From contig VRVR01000017.1 of the NCBI GenBank assembly GCA_009859145.1, forward strand, positions 1 to 61,085: 61,085 nucleotides of DNA, written 5' to 3'. Within the stretch, counting starts at the first letter, position 1, and every line of letters begins with the position of its first letter. Source of the DNA: Andalucia godoyi And28. Its lineage: Eukaryota; Protista; Jakobida. Below, in pieces: positions 8,702 through 18,955 of this stretch. The position numbers and the translations under genes were made by a program. Below the pieces are notes generated by a model, which ran no database searches, had not been told where the DNA came from, and saw nothing but the letters and a program-made list of their open reading frames with translations.

Positions 8702-11700
8702 ATGAATGACGGTCAGCTGTCGGTGGAACACCATCTGGAGGTGTATGCTGACGACCTAGTTCGGCTTGCAAACTCGGCAGAAAACATGGGAGAAAGCGAC
8801 GAACTGTTCTTGGAGCAAACGATGGATGGTATCGAATACCTATTGCACATTCGAATAGACAATGGAATGCTTACCCATTTGGACATTGAACTTTGTCGGA
8901 AGCTTGTTACGGGACTCCTTGTGTTTATTGGACAAAAAGAAACCCCGTTCTTCCTTGCGTTTTCGTCCGATCCATCCTCGTTTGCGTTGCGAGCATTCCG
9001 CATCCTTGTTCATTTTCTGATTTCTGTAAGAGATTTCAAAACTGTCCTGGAGGGATTGGAAGCGCATACTCTGCGGAACGCGCTGAAACTACATCGGCAT
9101 CTGAACGTCGAGGATGCGATTGCACCACCCTCGGGGTACCAAATCGAAGACAACGCCCTTGTCTTTCGTGGGCTCCGTCACTGTGATCTGGTAGCAGTGT
9201 TTCTGGAGTGGATGTCCTTTCACACCATCAAGTACGAAGGCGAGCGGTGGGCTTCGCTGATTGATAAGGATCATGTTTCCGCCGTCAGGGCACTGATGAA
9301 GAGAGACGAAATTTCGAAAATCGCTACTGCAGAAGTGGAGTCCAAGGATTCTGCCAGCACAGCGATGGGTCAGCTGCCGTCTCCACTATCAAATTCGGCG
9401 TTCGTACAACTGATCGACAGGTTCCACGTCGAGCAAACACTGTTCGCTCCGAAAGGGGCATACTATGACACGACGGAGTCTCGTCTTCTCGCGATCTTCA
9501 AATCCGACACGGTAAAAGGTCTCTTTGCGGAAGATGCAGCGAGGAGATTGGACTTTTACGGGCCGAATGCCATTCCTGTGCCAGATCCCGTCAGCTTCTG
9601 GACAGTCCTGTTCCGACAGCTGAAAGACTTCATTGTGATTGTGCTCATCCTCGCCGCAGTTGTTTCCGCAGCCATTGGAGACATCAAAGCGATGGTTGTG
9701 TTATTTGTGGTCGTCGTCATCAACACCTCCATCGGGTTTTACCAGGAACTTTCTGCCGAAAAGACACTGGATGCACTCAGTCATTTGACCGTGCCGACTG
9801 CAAAAGTCATCCGTGGTGGAGAAACCCTGACCATTGATGCAGGAGAACTGGTTCCCGGCGATATTGTTGTGTTGGAAGAAGGCGATGCGGTTCCCGCAGA
9901 CTTGCGGATCGTGGAATCTGCGCAGCTGTCCATTGTCGAAACATCGCTCACGGGGGAGTCAGTCGCCGTCAGCAAGTCTACCGCGCCCATTCGGGGACAC
10001 CGCTTTCTGCCTGTTGGCGATCGCACGAACATGGCTTTCATGAGCACGACCGTTCTAAAAGGCCGCGGAAAGGGCATTGTCGTCAACACAGGAAAGACAA
10101 CGGAAGTGGGGCGAATTTCGTCCGCCATTGTCTCCTCCTCTTCTGACGGACCTACCCAGACACCTTTGCAACGGAAACTTGCGAAGTTGGCCAAAATTCT
10201 CGTTGCAGCATCTATTATTGGATGTGTTCTCGTTGTGATTGCGGGAGTCTCTCACGGCCAAGGTGCCGATATCATCTTTACTGCTGTTGCGTTAGCCGTT
10301 TCCGTCATTCCAGAAGGTCTGCAGACCGTTGTGACATTGACCCTGAGCCTTGGGGTACGACGAATGGCGAAATCGAACGCTATTGTTCGAAAACTCCCAG
10401 CTGTGGAGACTCTCGGCTCTACCACAACAATTTGCTCAGACAAGACTGGAACGCTGACACAAAACAAGATGAAGGTCTCCGCGGTGCGCTGGAGTGGACT
10501 TCAAGTCGTATTGGAATCCTCCATGGCAGAGAGTCTGAGTGCGTCGTCGAAACCGATGGGACACGCAAGACGTCCGAGTGCCGGGCGTCTCACGCGATCC
10601 AACTCGGGGACGATGGTGAATGCAGTTCCGACGTTGCGCAGCTTTCGCACGGTCGACGCTGGAATCTGGATCGACTGCATCGAGCAGCAGCGCTCGAGCG
10701 TTGCTGCTGGTGGCGGTGACTGCGGGGTCGGAGTGGCATCCGTTTCAGCGCTGCTATGCTCCATTTGCTCCTTGTGTAACAATGCGTCGTTTACAGAAAG
10801 CGAGGAAGGAGGTGCCGGATCTCTTGTTGCGCATGGCGATCCCACAGAAGTGGCCCTGCTGGAGTTTGCGCAGGATCGGGGGTTCTCAAGAGCAAATCTT
10901 GAAGAATCATTGTCGTTTCGCAGGCTGTTTGAAATTCCGTTCGACTCGGATCGAAAAAGAATGAGCATCATTATATCGGTGAAAGGGTCCGATGCGCCGT
11001 GGCTGCAGCTGATACTGGGGATCCCGCCTCCTCCAGAAGAAGTCTTCTTTGTCTTGTTTTTGAAAGGGGCGCCAGAAGAAGTGGTACACAGATGCAGCAG
11101 ATTCATTGATGTCGATGTCATCGGCGAGCCGTCATTCGATTCCAAGAACCTGGAGACCTCAAGAGCTGCTGTGTTTGACAAGGACGCAAATTTTGAAGCT
11201 ACTGCGGCCCACTCTTTTGAGCATCTCTCGTCCCGCGGTCTCCGTGTGCTCGGCATGGCTTGCCGTGTGCTCTCCGAAAAGGACACTCGGTTAATCCCGA
11301 AGCACAGTGGAGATGATGCTGACGTCGATGAGCAGGAAACCGATTTCGAAACCGATTTAGTGTTTGTTGGCATGGCGGGTATGCTGGATCCCCCGCGCCC
11401 TGAAGTTCCAGCAGCCATTGCAAAGTGTCATTCCGCAGGTGTCCGTGTGTGCATGATAACTGGTGATCATGTTGCGACTGCCACTGCGATCGCCAGCGCA
11501 ATTGGTCTGTTTGCTCGTGTTGCGATCACCGATCCGACCTTTTCTCCGGACAAGTACGTTGTCACAGGTCCGTATCTTGCTTCGCTGTCTGATGAGCAGT
11601 TGGCAGCGCTGAATCCGTTTCCAGTTGTGTTTTCTCGTGTGTCTCCGGAAAACAAACTGAAGATCGTGAAGGCGCTCCAACGAAGAGGCGAGATCGTTGC

Positions 11701-12604
11701 CATGGGGGGAGACGGCGTCAATGATGCGCCTGCAATCAAGCAAGCCGACTGCGGATTTGCCATGGGAAAGGCTGGGACGGAGCTTGCACGCCAAGCAGCC
11801 GATCTCGTTCTCCTTGACGATTCCTTTGCGACCATTGTTCAAGCAATTGCTGAAGGGCGACGGATTTGGGATAACATCGTGAAGTTTATTGTGTATTTGC
11901 TGAGCTGCAATTCCGCGGAAGTGATCTTCATGTTGATCGCGGTGGCAATCGGCTGGGATCCCCCAATGACATCCATCATGATTTTGTATGCAAACATCAT
12001 TGCGGATATCCCGCCGTCTTTGAGTTTAGGCACTGAGCCAGAAGAGCCGGGTGTAATGGAGCGAGTTCCTCGAGATCCGCACGAGCACGTCTTGACCCCT
12101 GTGAACTGCACCATGTTGGTCATTGAGGGGCTTCTTATGGCCATGTATGCCCTCTTGGAGTTTTGGCTGGTGAAGACAGTGCACGGCGAATCATTGGCTT
12201 ACTCCCGGACCGCCGCCTTCACGTTGCTCACGGTTGTTCAGATTTTCCATTCGTTCTTGTGTCGATCCATTACGGGGTCTGTCTTCGGTGTCTTCGAAAC
12301 CCTGTTCACGGGTAATCCATGGATGCTTGCGGCGTACGTGACCTCGAATGCGCTGCTCCTTCTTGGTATTTACACTCCACATTTCAATGAGATCCTCGAT
12401 CTGGAGCCACTGTATGGGGCACAGTGGATCGAGATTGCCGTTGCCGTTGCCGCACATTGCATCCTTGTGGAAATTGCAAAGCTTGTTGTTAGATTGTTCG
12501 TTGCATCGTTTGCTGCCAAACGCCGCCTTGAAATCGAGCAAAACTTGATCGGCTCGAATCCGGTGCGATACAGTGCAGCCTCTGCAGCAGATGCACGAGT
12601 ATAA
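8702..12604 (+). CDS. P-type II cation-transporting ATPase (Ca2+/Na+ class)
   Basis: 1300-aa intronless ORF with SLTGES, IPEGL, phosphorylation motif ICSDKTGTLTQN, KGAPE, MITGDH and GDGVNDAPA, plus C-terminal TM helices. Confidence 0.95.
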   Translation: MNDGQLSVEHHLEVYADDLVRLANSAENMGESDELFLEQTMDGIEYLLHIRIDNGMLTHLDIELCRKLVTGLLVFIGQKETPFFLAFSSDPSSFALRAFRILVHFLISVRDFKTVLEGLEAHTLRNALKLHRHLNVEDAIAPPSGYQIEDNALVFRGLRHCDLVAVFLEWMSFHTIKYEGERWASLIDKDHVSAVRALMKRDEISKIATAEVESKDSASTAMGQLPSPLSNSAFVQLIDRFHVEQTLFAPKGAYYDTTESRLLAIFKSDTVKGLFAEDAARRLDFYGPNAIPVPDPVSFWTVLFRQLKDFIVIVLILAAVVSAAIGDIKAMVVLFVVVVINTSIGFYQELSAEKTLDALSHLTVPTAKVIRGGETLTIDAGELVPGDIVVLEEGDAVPADLRIVESAQLSIVETSLTGESVAVSKSTAPIRGHRFLPVGDRTNMAFMSTTVLKGRGKGIVVNTGKTTEVGRISSAIVSSSSDGPTQTPLQRKLAKLAKILVAASIIGCVLVVIAGVSHGQGADIIFTAVALAVSVIPEGLQTVVTLTLSLGVRRMAKSNAIVRKLPAVETLGSTTTICSDKTGTLTQNKMKVSAVRWSGLQVVLESSMAESLSASSKPMGHARRPSAGRLTRSNSGTMVNAVPTLRSFRTVDAGIWIDCIEQQRSSVAAGGGDCGVGVASVSALLCSICSLCNNASFTESEEGGAGSLVAHGDPTEVALLEFAQDRGFSRANLEESLSFRRLFEIPFDSDRKRMSIIISVKGSDAPWLQLILGIPPPPEEVFFVLFLKGAPEEVVHRCSRFIDVDVIGEPSFDSKNLETSRAAVFDKDANFEATAAHSFEHLSSRGLRVLGMACRVLSEKDTRLIPKHSGDDADVDEQETDFETDLVFVGMAGMLDPPRPEVPAAIAKCHSAGVRVCMITGDHVATATAIASAIGLFARVAITDPTFSPDKYVVTGPYLASLSDEQLAALNPFPVVFSRVSPENKLKIVKALQRRGEIVAMGGDGVNDAPAIKQADCGFAMGKAGTELARQAADLVLLDDSFATIVQAIAEGRRIWDNIVKFIVYLLSCNSAEVIFMLIAVAIGWDPPMTSIMILYANIIADIPPSLSLGTEPEEPGVMERVPRDPHEHVLTPVNCTMLVIEGLLMAMYALLEFWLVKTVHGESLAYSRTAAFTLLTVVQIFHSFLCRSITGSVFGVFETLFTGNPWMLAAYVTSNALLLLGIYTPHFNEILDLEPLYGAQWIEIAVAVAAHCILVEIAKLVVRLFVASFAAKRRLEIEQNLIGSNPVRYSAASAADARV

Positions 12605-12750
12605 GAGGGGGGTGTACAGCGTGCACCTCTCTCCCTTTCCTCTGTTCCTTACATATTAAATTAAAAGAAGAAGAAATTAAGAAAACGGAGTCTACTTTTT
12701 TGTAGTTGTCGACTATTCCCTGTTCTTTTTATATGTGTGTGCTCAGTAAT

Positions 12751-13353
12751 CTAATTCATGGCAACAACCTCGACTCGTTTTGCAGCGATGAGATTCGTGT
12801 TCCGCAGTCTTGCAAGGCGCAGTGCATTGAGCTCGGTCCCCACATTGATAATTGCATAGGAGAGCTTCGCCTTCTCGTCAAACGACATTGAAATCTGGTC
12901 GTCGCGTGTGATCGTCCCCGGCATCAGCTCGTTCACAAACCGTGAGATGTCTCCAGCAGACAAATTCGCTGCAAGATCCCTGATCATCACACAAGCACCT
13001 TGAGGAGCACTCGCCACGAACGGATTTGCTTCCGCCGAGAACTTTGCCAACTCCTCCTTGGAAACCGCAGCTACCGTCACCGATCGCAGTCCCAAATATG
13101 TATCATTCAGTTTTTCCTCTGCAAACTTGGCGCCCTCGTCCTTGGAAAACGTCGCCACCCACTGCCCGCGAGTCGAGCTGCTCTTCGGGTTTAAATACGC
13201 AAAAAACACGTTCTGTGGCTGCTGCTCCGCTGGAAATTTGCCGAACAGCGACGCAACATCCGATCTCCGAGCGGTCGACGGACCGCGCGCAATTCGAACA
13301 CCAGCTGCTGCTACTGCCTCTGCACCCTCTGAAAAAAATCGTCGGAACAGCAT
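12751..13353 (-). CDS. Protein with two RRM-like domains and a probable mitochondrial presequence
   Basis: MLFRRFFSEG-type presequence. RRM-like beta-alpha-beta patterns (RIARGPSTARRSDVASLFG...WVATFS; VMIRDLAANLSAGDISRFV...YAIINVG). Confidence 0.6.
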   Translation of the reverse strand: MLFRRFFSEGAEAVAAAGVRIARGPSTARRSDVASLFGKFPAEQQPQNVFFAYLNPKSSSTRGQWVATFSKDEGAKFAEEKLNDTYLGLRSVTVAAVSKEELAKFSAEANPFVASAPQGACVMIRDLAANLSAGDISRFVNELMPGTITRDDQISMSFDEKAKLSYAIINVGTELNALRLARLRNTNLIAAKRVEVVAMN

Positions 13354-13800
13354 GGCTTGGTTATTTGGCCCTGTGCAAACACCACCAATCTTTCGTTTCT
13401 TCAACAACAACAACAAAAAAGAAAACACAGTGGAATTTATAAAAGAGGCAGTAAGAAAACGAAACCAAATTTTTTTGGAGCGACAAACCACAGACAGAAT
13501 AGGACGATGCAAGAATTGCACAATTGGCAATGCATCTTTGCAGGCCAGCAGCTGTTTGGTTTTTGGTTTTCGGGTTTTCTTTGTGTTTTGTGTTTTGGGC
13601 TTTTTTAATTATTTAATAGTTATTATTATTATTATTATTATTTTCGCCTGATTGTTTTTTGTGGTGAATAGTAGACTGTGTGGTGAAGGACCGTTGCTGA
13701 GAATGCTGGCCTTTCGCAGTGCAGTTCGTGCCTCTCGATCTGCATGTGCCGCCTCCATGCGCACTTCGTCGGGATTGGTGGTGCGCTCAAGCCGACCCAG

Positions 13801-14305
13801 TTACGTTGGTTCGCAGACGAGTAGTTCAGCATCATCGTCTTCTCTATTCAGTGCACGGCTGTCCTGTCCCACGTCGTCCAGCTCGCTCAGCAGCTCATCG
13901 CTGTTCCCTTCGTCGGCATCGGCATCGGCATCGGCATCGGCATCATCAACAGGATTGTCAGCAGGGTCTGGGACAAAGGGTCGGTTTTTTCGGTCCGGCC
14001 GTCGCTGCTTCCCCGTCGAAAGGCTCGTCGACGGTGAAGACGACGACGGCACCTAGTGTTACGCGTCCAACCGTGCGAAAATCATCCTCGAACTCGGCGT
14101 GTCCAATCGTGATTATCGCCGACGAAGAGGATGATCCTACGTAACTTTCTAAGCTTTTGGTCATCTTCTTCGTATTTCTTGTGTATATTTTTGAACTGCT
14201 CTCCTTCTTCCTCTCTGGATCAGCTATGTCCTTTTTGACTTGCTGCAGATTGTTCGCTGGAGGACGCTGGAGATTTCTTCTATTATGATACAATTTTAGA
14301 CCCAT
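13801..14305 (-). CDS. Hypothetical acidic low-complexity protein (probably spliced)
   Basis: ORF 13958-14305 joins ORF 13801-14052 in frame via a candidate GT..AG intron at 14140-14053. Contains a DADADA repeat; no recognisable domain. Confidence 0.3.
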
Positions 14306-14366
14306 TTTTTAATATCATTTTTGGATGCAACATGTCTTTTATTATTATTTTCATTTTTGCTATTGC

Positions 14367-14397
<31 letters not shown>

Positions 14398-14853
14398 CTG
14401 TGCGCTTCTACTTCGTTTCGCTCCCTCTTTCTTTTATGAAATGGCGATGCGTACTATATTTTGTACGACGAGAGTGTGAGTCCCATTTCCATAGGAGATG
14501 CTACACCAGCAGATGGAAACAGAAAAATGAATGAATGAATGAATGAATTCTTAAAAAGTCATTTTTTAAAAAAATAAAAACAGATTAAAATTAAAATTAA
14601 AATTTAAAATAAGAAAAGCCAACAACAAGGATAGCAACGACAGCAGCCACAACGACCCAAGGAAAAAGAAGATCGAAAGAAGAAACAAAACCGACAATGT
14701 ACAACAAAAAAGAACGAGGGTGGAAAAAAGATGTCGTTGGAGGGCGGGTGGGGTTCTCAATCGCAGAAGCTGGCACAGGAAAGGGGAATGACCACTGCTA
14801 TGAACAGCGAACGACCGACAGACTGGCAGCGAGAAGAACAAAACGAACTACTT

Positions 14854-16473
14854 CTAAGATACATCAATGTCTGCAAGAAGCGGGTTGGAATACTCGCCAG
14901 CTTCATCGTAGATCATCTTGTAACTCGCAGGTTGGCTGCGAGACAGCCCGCGCAAGGCCTCTGCCCAAAGCCGGTCGCCGTTGGGAAACAGCTCTCGAGC
15001 CCGTCTAATGGCAACATCAAGGACATACTGGCAAGAAGGCATGTCCGTCATGAGCGTCTCCAAGGTTTCCACCACTGGCCGGCAAAGGACGGGGGCGAAG
15101 ATGGCCGCAAGGTTCGTTGCTGGCATCAGATTGACGTCGGCAAGATCATGCACACGTTTCAAAGTATACAGCACCAATGACCAGCATCGCTGCACCATTG
15201 GATCCAATTCGTCGAAGACCTTCCGCAGCAACTGGATTACCGTATCTTCGACCCGCTTGGCCTCTCTGTTGCATGCAAGAAATCGATCATAGAGAGAATA
15301 TGGCAACAGCGGGGGATCTAGTTCGCGAAGAAAGAGTTTGAGCAAAGATGCATACAAATGGGGATCTGCCTCGGAAGTGGAAAAGTGGCTCAATGAGTGG
15401 ATCGACTCTTCGAGGGCGGCTTTCAGCTGACGCAACTCTTGGATGGAAGGGGATATGCGAAAGATGCCAGCCTGCGTCTCATAGTTCTGCGCAACAAGCA
15501 CTGGAATGCAAACCAGGAATATAAAGGGCACCGGAAACGATTCGTGGTCCGGTCTTGCCATCAGCTGCTCAACAGACGTTCCAAAGAGCGGCATGGTTTG
15601 ACCGTCGCTAAGCGGTCGGTCCACGGCTTGCAGGTACAAACGCACCCGAATCACCCCGGAAACCCTTTCCCGCATTTTTCGTTGGCAGAGATGCAACGTC
15701 ATTTCGAGCGGCTTCTGAGCACACTCTGCAACCATCTCCCATCGAACTCGTATGTTCGCACAGCCGAGAAACTCTTTTTCCTTTGATAGCACGACAATCA
15801 TGATGCTGGACGGCAGCTCTTTGACGTCCAGCGTGCACGACTCGTCATAGACAGCCAGCTTCTGGACCTTTTTCGCAGAAGAGGTCTTCCAAACTTGCCT
15901 TCTCAGCGACACCAGGACATGCACATCAGCCTCTTTCACGAGATCCTGCACATCGACGATCGTGAGCGAGAGCATTCCGTCCACTTGCTTCACGAAACTC
16001 TTCTTCTGCGCAATGGCGTTCTTGATGTCCGCAACCCAGTCCTTCATATCATCATTCGAACGATCCGAGAACAAGAGATACGTCTTTCTCGGTGTGTCAA
16101 GCGCATACACATCGGTACCGTCCACGTCTTTTCCGTGAAATCGCACGCTGCATTCCTCTGCAAGATCAATCACACCTTTCGGCTGAACATCCTGCAGGAA
16201 CTTAAAGTAAAACAGCTTGTTTGCCTTGATAATGCACCACCGGGTCTTGAACTTCTTCTGCTCACTGCGATCTCCCCCGGGTTTCTTCTGCAGATACCCC
16301 TCCCGAATCACTGGATACTGCTCGTTCACCAGAATCTCACTCCAATTGGAATGCGAGCTGGGATTCGTCGACAGCCGTTTCATTGACGCTCTGGACTGGA
16401 GAGTCGGCGGCGGTGGCTGCGGTGGCTGCGGTGGCTGCGGCTGCTGAGAGTGAAAGGACTCATCCGTTGACAT
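14854..16473 (-). CDS. PH-C2-RhoGAP protein
   Basis: PH domain (REGYLQKKPGG...FKTRWCIIKANKLFYF...PKGVIDL), C2-like domain (LSLTIVDVQDL...VYDESCTL) and RhoGAP with arginine finger (GIFRISPS, LLKLFLRELDPPLLP, NLMPATNLAAIFAP). Confidence 0.9.
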   Translation of the reverse strand: MSTDESFHSQQPQPPQPPQPPPPTLQSRASMKRLSTNPSSHSNWSEILVNEQYPVIREGYLQKKPGGDRSEQKKFKTRWCIIKANKLFYFKFLQDVQPKGVIDLAEECSVRFHGKDVDGTDVYALDTPRKTYLLFSDRSNDDMKDWVADIKNAIAQKKSFVKQVDGMLSLTIVDVQDLVKEADVHVLVSLRRQVWKTSSAKKVQKLAVYDESCTLDVKELPSSIMIVVLSKEKEFLGCANIRVRWEMVAECAQKPLEMTLHLCQRKMRERVSGVIRVRLYLQAVDRPLSDGQTMPLFGTSVEQLMARPDHESFPVPFIFLVCIPVLVAQNYETQAGIFRISPSIQELRQLKAALEESIHSLSHFSTSEADPHLYASLLKLFLRELDPPLLPYSLYDRFLACNREAKRVEDTVIQLLRKVFDELDPMVQRCWSLVLYTLKRVHDLADVNLMPATNLAAIFAPVLCRPVVETLETLMTDMPSCQYVLDVAIRRARELFPNGDRLWAEALRGLSRSQPASYKMIYDEAGEYSNPLLADIDVS

Positions 16474-17434
16474 GTCTGTCTGCTTACTCGATCACTTCAC
16501 CAGTACGCTCTTTGCTTCTCTCTCTCTGTCTCGCGCACTCCCTCCCTCACCGACTTCACAGCAACAAAAAGAAAAAGAAAAAAAGAAAAAAACAAATTCA
16601 ATCCTTAATAATATCGAAATGCAAATTGTGAGTAACGGTGCTTTGTTATCGGTACTGTATATGATGGACGATGATGATGATGAGTCCAGGAATGCCGAGG
16701 CCCCGTTCGTCCCGTTGTCGTTGGCCCACTCTGGAACACAAAGCCTAAAAGAAACCCCAAAGAAGAAGAATAAAACGAGAGCAAAGGGAGGGGAGTGATG
16801 CTAGAACAGTTGAGACTACGAGTTCCCGTCGTTCTCGAAAGAAAAGCCATTTTTTCCAGAAGATAGCGCTACACAGATAATGCGTGTAGGCGTTTCAGCG
16901 AGGGCGTGCACACACCCAAAACACACAGACACAAGAATGACACTTCGGGATTCGGGCACGAACTTTCCCTCTCTCTCTCTCTCTCCCCCTCTCTCTCCCT
17001 CTCTCTCACTGTCTCTCTGACAGGTCTAACGCATCTGTTCTCTCTGGTGATCTCTTCCTCTCTTACCAACACGCAATCCGCTTACATTTTCCCTCTAACC
17101 TCACGGTGAACTGAATCCTCGTTTTTTTTTTTCCCTCTTACTCTCCAGCCTTTTTCATCTGACTGCCTCGTTCTTTTGTGTCCAAGTTTTATTTTATTTT
17201 ATTTTAATCACCATCATTCTTTTCCTATTATAATTTCTATTCGTAATTCGTCTTTGCTCTTTCGTCTTTGCTCTGCTTTATTTTTTCAATTTGTTTTTTT
17301 TTATTTTTATATTGGTATACCCGTTCGTTCAGTCATTGCTATTTCGTCTTGTTTGTTCGTTCTCGCAGCACCTCCCATCCCTCTCACCCCCGGCACTCGT
17401 TCAGCAAAACCAGAAAGGGAAAAAGAAAAAAAAA

Positions 17435-18064
17435 ATGGCAGCCAAGAACACGCAGTTTGACTATTTGATTAAGCTTCTCTTGATTGGAGACTCTGGTGTT
17501 GGCAAGTCTTGTTTGCTTCTTCGTTTTTCAGACGACACATTCACGACGTCGTTTATCACGACGATTGGAATCGACTTCAAGATTCGCACGATTGAGCTGG
17601 ACGGAAAGCGGATCAAGCTGCAGATTTGGGATACTGCAGGACAAGAGCGGTTCCGAACGATCACGACAGCGTACTACCGTGGAGCAATGGGAATTCTTCT
17701 GGTGTACGACGTGACGGACGAGAATTCGTACAACAATATTGCGACTTGGATGAAGAACATCGAACAGCATGCGTCTGAAAATGTCTGCAAAATCTTGCTC
17801 GGAAACAAGTGCGACATGGTCGACAAAAAGGTTGTCGACACGGCGCGGGGCCAGAAGCTCGCGGACGACTACGGAATCAAATTCTTGGAAACTTCGGCAA
17901 AGACAAACGTCAACGTTGAAGAGGCCTTCTTCACGATCGCCAGAGATATCAAGAACACAATCATCGACGTCCAGGAGGCCGGAGGTCAAGCGCAGAATCA
18001 GAACCGAAAGAATGTCGAGGTTGCTCGCAAGGAGAACAAACCCGCGAAGAAGGGCTGCTGCTAA
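17435..18064 (+). CDS. RAB8: Rab8/Sec4-family small GTPase
   Basis: [12 protein letters not shown], effector [29 protein letters not shown] and a C-terminal CC prenylation motif. Confidence 0.95.
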   Translation: MAAKNTQFDYLIKLLLIGDSGVGKSCLLLRFSDDTFTTSFITTIGIDFKIRTIELDGKRIKLQIWDTAGQERFRTITTAYYRGAMGILLVYDVTDENSYNNIATWMKNIEQHASENVCKILLGNKCDMVDKKVVDTARGQKLADDYGIKFLETSAKTNVNVEEAFFTIARDIKNTIIDVQEAGGQAQNQNRKNVEVARKENKPAKKGCC

Positions 18065-18955
18065 TCAGATGGTGTTATATATGCTCTGTTTTGTAGAATC
18101 TCTGTCCTTTTAGTAATTCTTCTTCTTGCTCTTCCTGTTCTGCGTGTATCGTTCCTCTTCTTCACTTGTTTTTCGATTTTCGATTTTCATTCTTTTGTCT
18201 CTCTCCCTGCTGTCTTCCTCCTTCCCAGAATTGCCCTTCTGTGTCTGTATTATTTTGTCTTCATGTTCTGTTGTTTGTTGCTGTTGTTGTCTGGTTCTTG
18301 GCTTTCGTCTGCGGATCTTCCAATTTCGTGGGGGTTGCTCGATTTTGCAGTTTCAAATATGGCGCATGAACATTGTCTGCTGCGATTGTTGGATGAAACA
18401 TGGTGTGGTGCATTTACAACCTATCGGACATCATTTTCGGCAGGCACGTTCATCTGCGTTTTGATTTCCTCTTTTGTGTTTGTTTGCGCGGTGTTTTCTG
18501 GTTCTTGATTGTCTTTCTTTCTCTCTGTCTTTTTTTTTGTTGTTTTTTTTCCCCTTGCTGTTGTTGTTGTTGTTGTTGTTGTTGAAGGGGACACCGCGAG
18601 ATGTTGTTTTGCGTGGTGCTGATGCAGTCATTTCCTCATGTTAGTATATTCCATGTAGTCCACAGACGGAAATTTTCTGTTGTGTCCTTACTTGATAAAT
18701 AATGCATAAAGCGAAGCACCCGATCGTCCGTTGCGAATTCATAAAAACGCTCATCTTTATGCGTGTGATAATAGCATTTAAATGATGATAAATAAATAAA
18801 AGATGCAATGACAACGGACGATCCTTAAAGGAATCGATTATACTACAACAATCACCACAGCACAGACTGCAGTCTGCATGAATGCATACAAAAAGAGAAA
18901 AGACAGGATTTCTGCGGGAAATGAAGGCAGGAACCATACCGATGGTGGGCTTGAA

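Noticed and set aside
13638-13803. The reading frame continues with protein-like sequence (LGRLERTTNPDEVRMEAAHAD...) after the TAA at 13801-13803, suggesting readthrough or a variant genetic code
   Set aside because: TAA, TAG and TGA all terminate well-conserved genes elsewhere in the window. An unresolved intron or chance is more likely.
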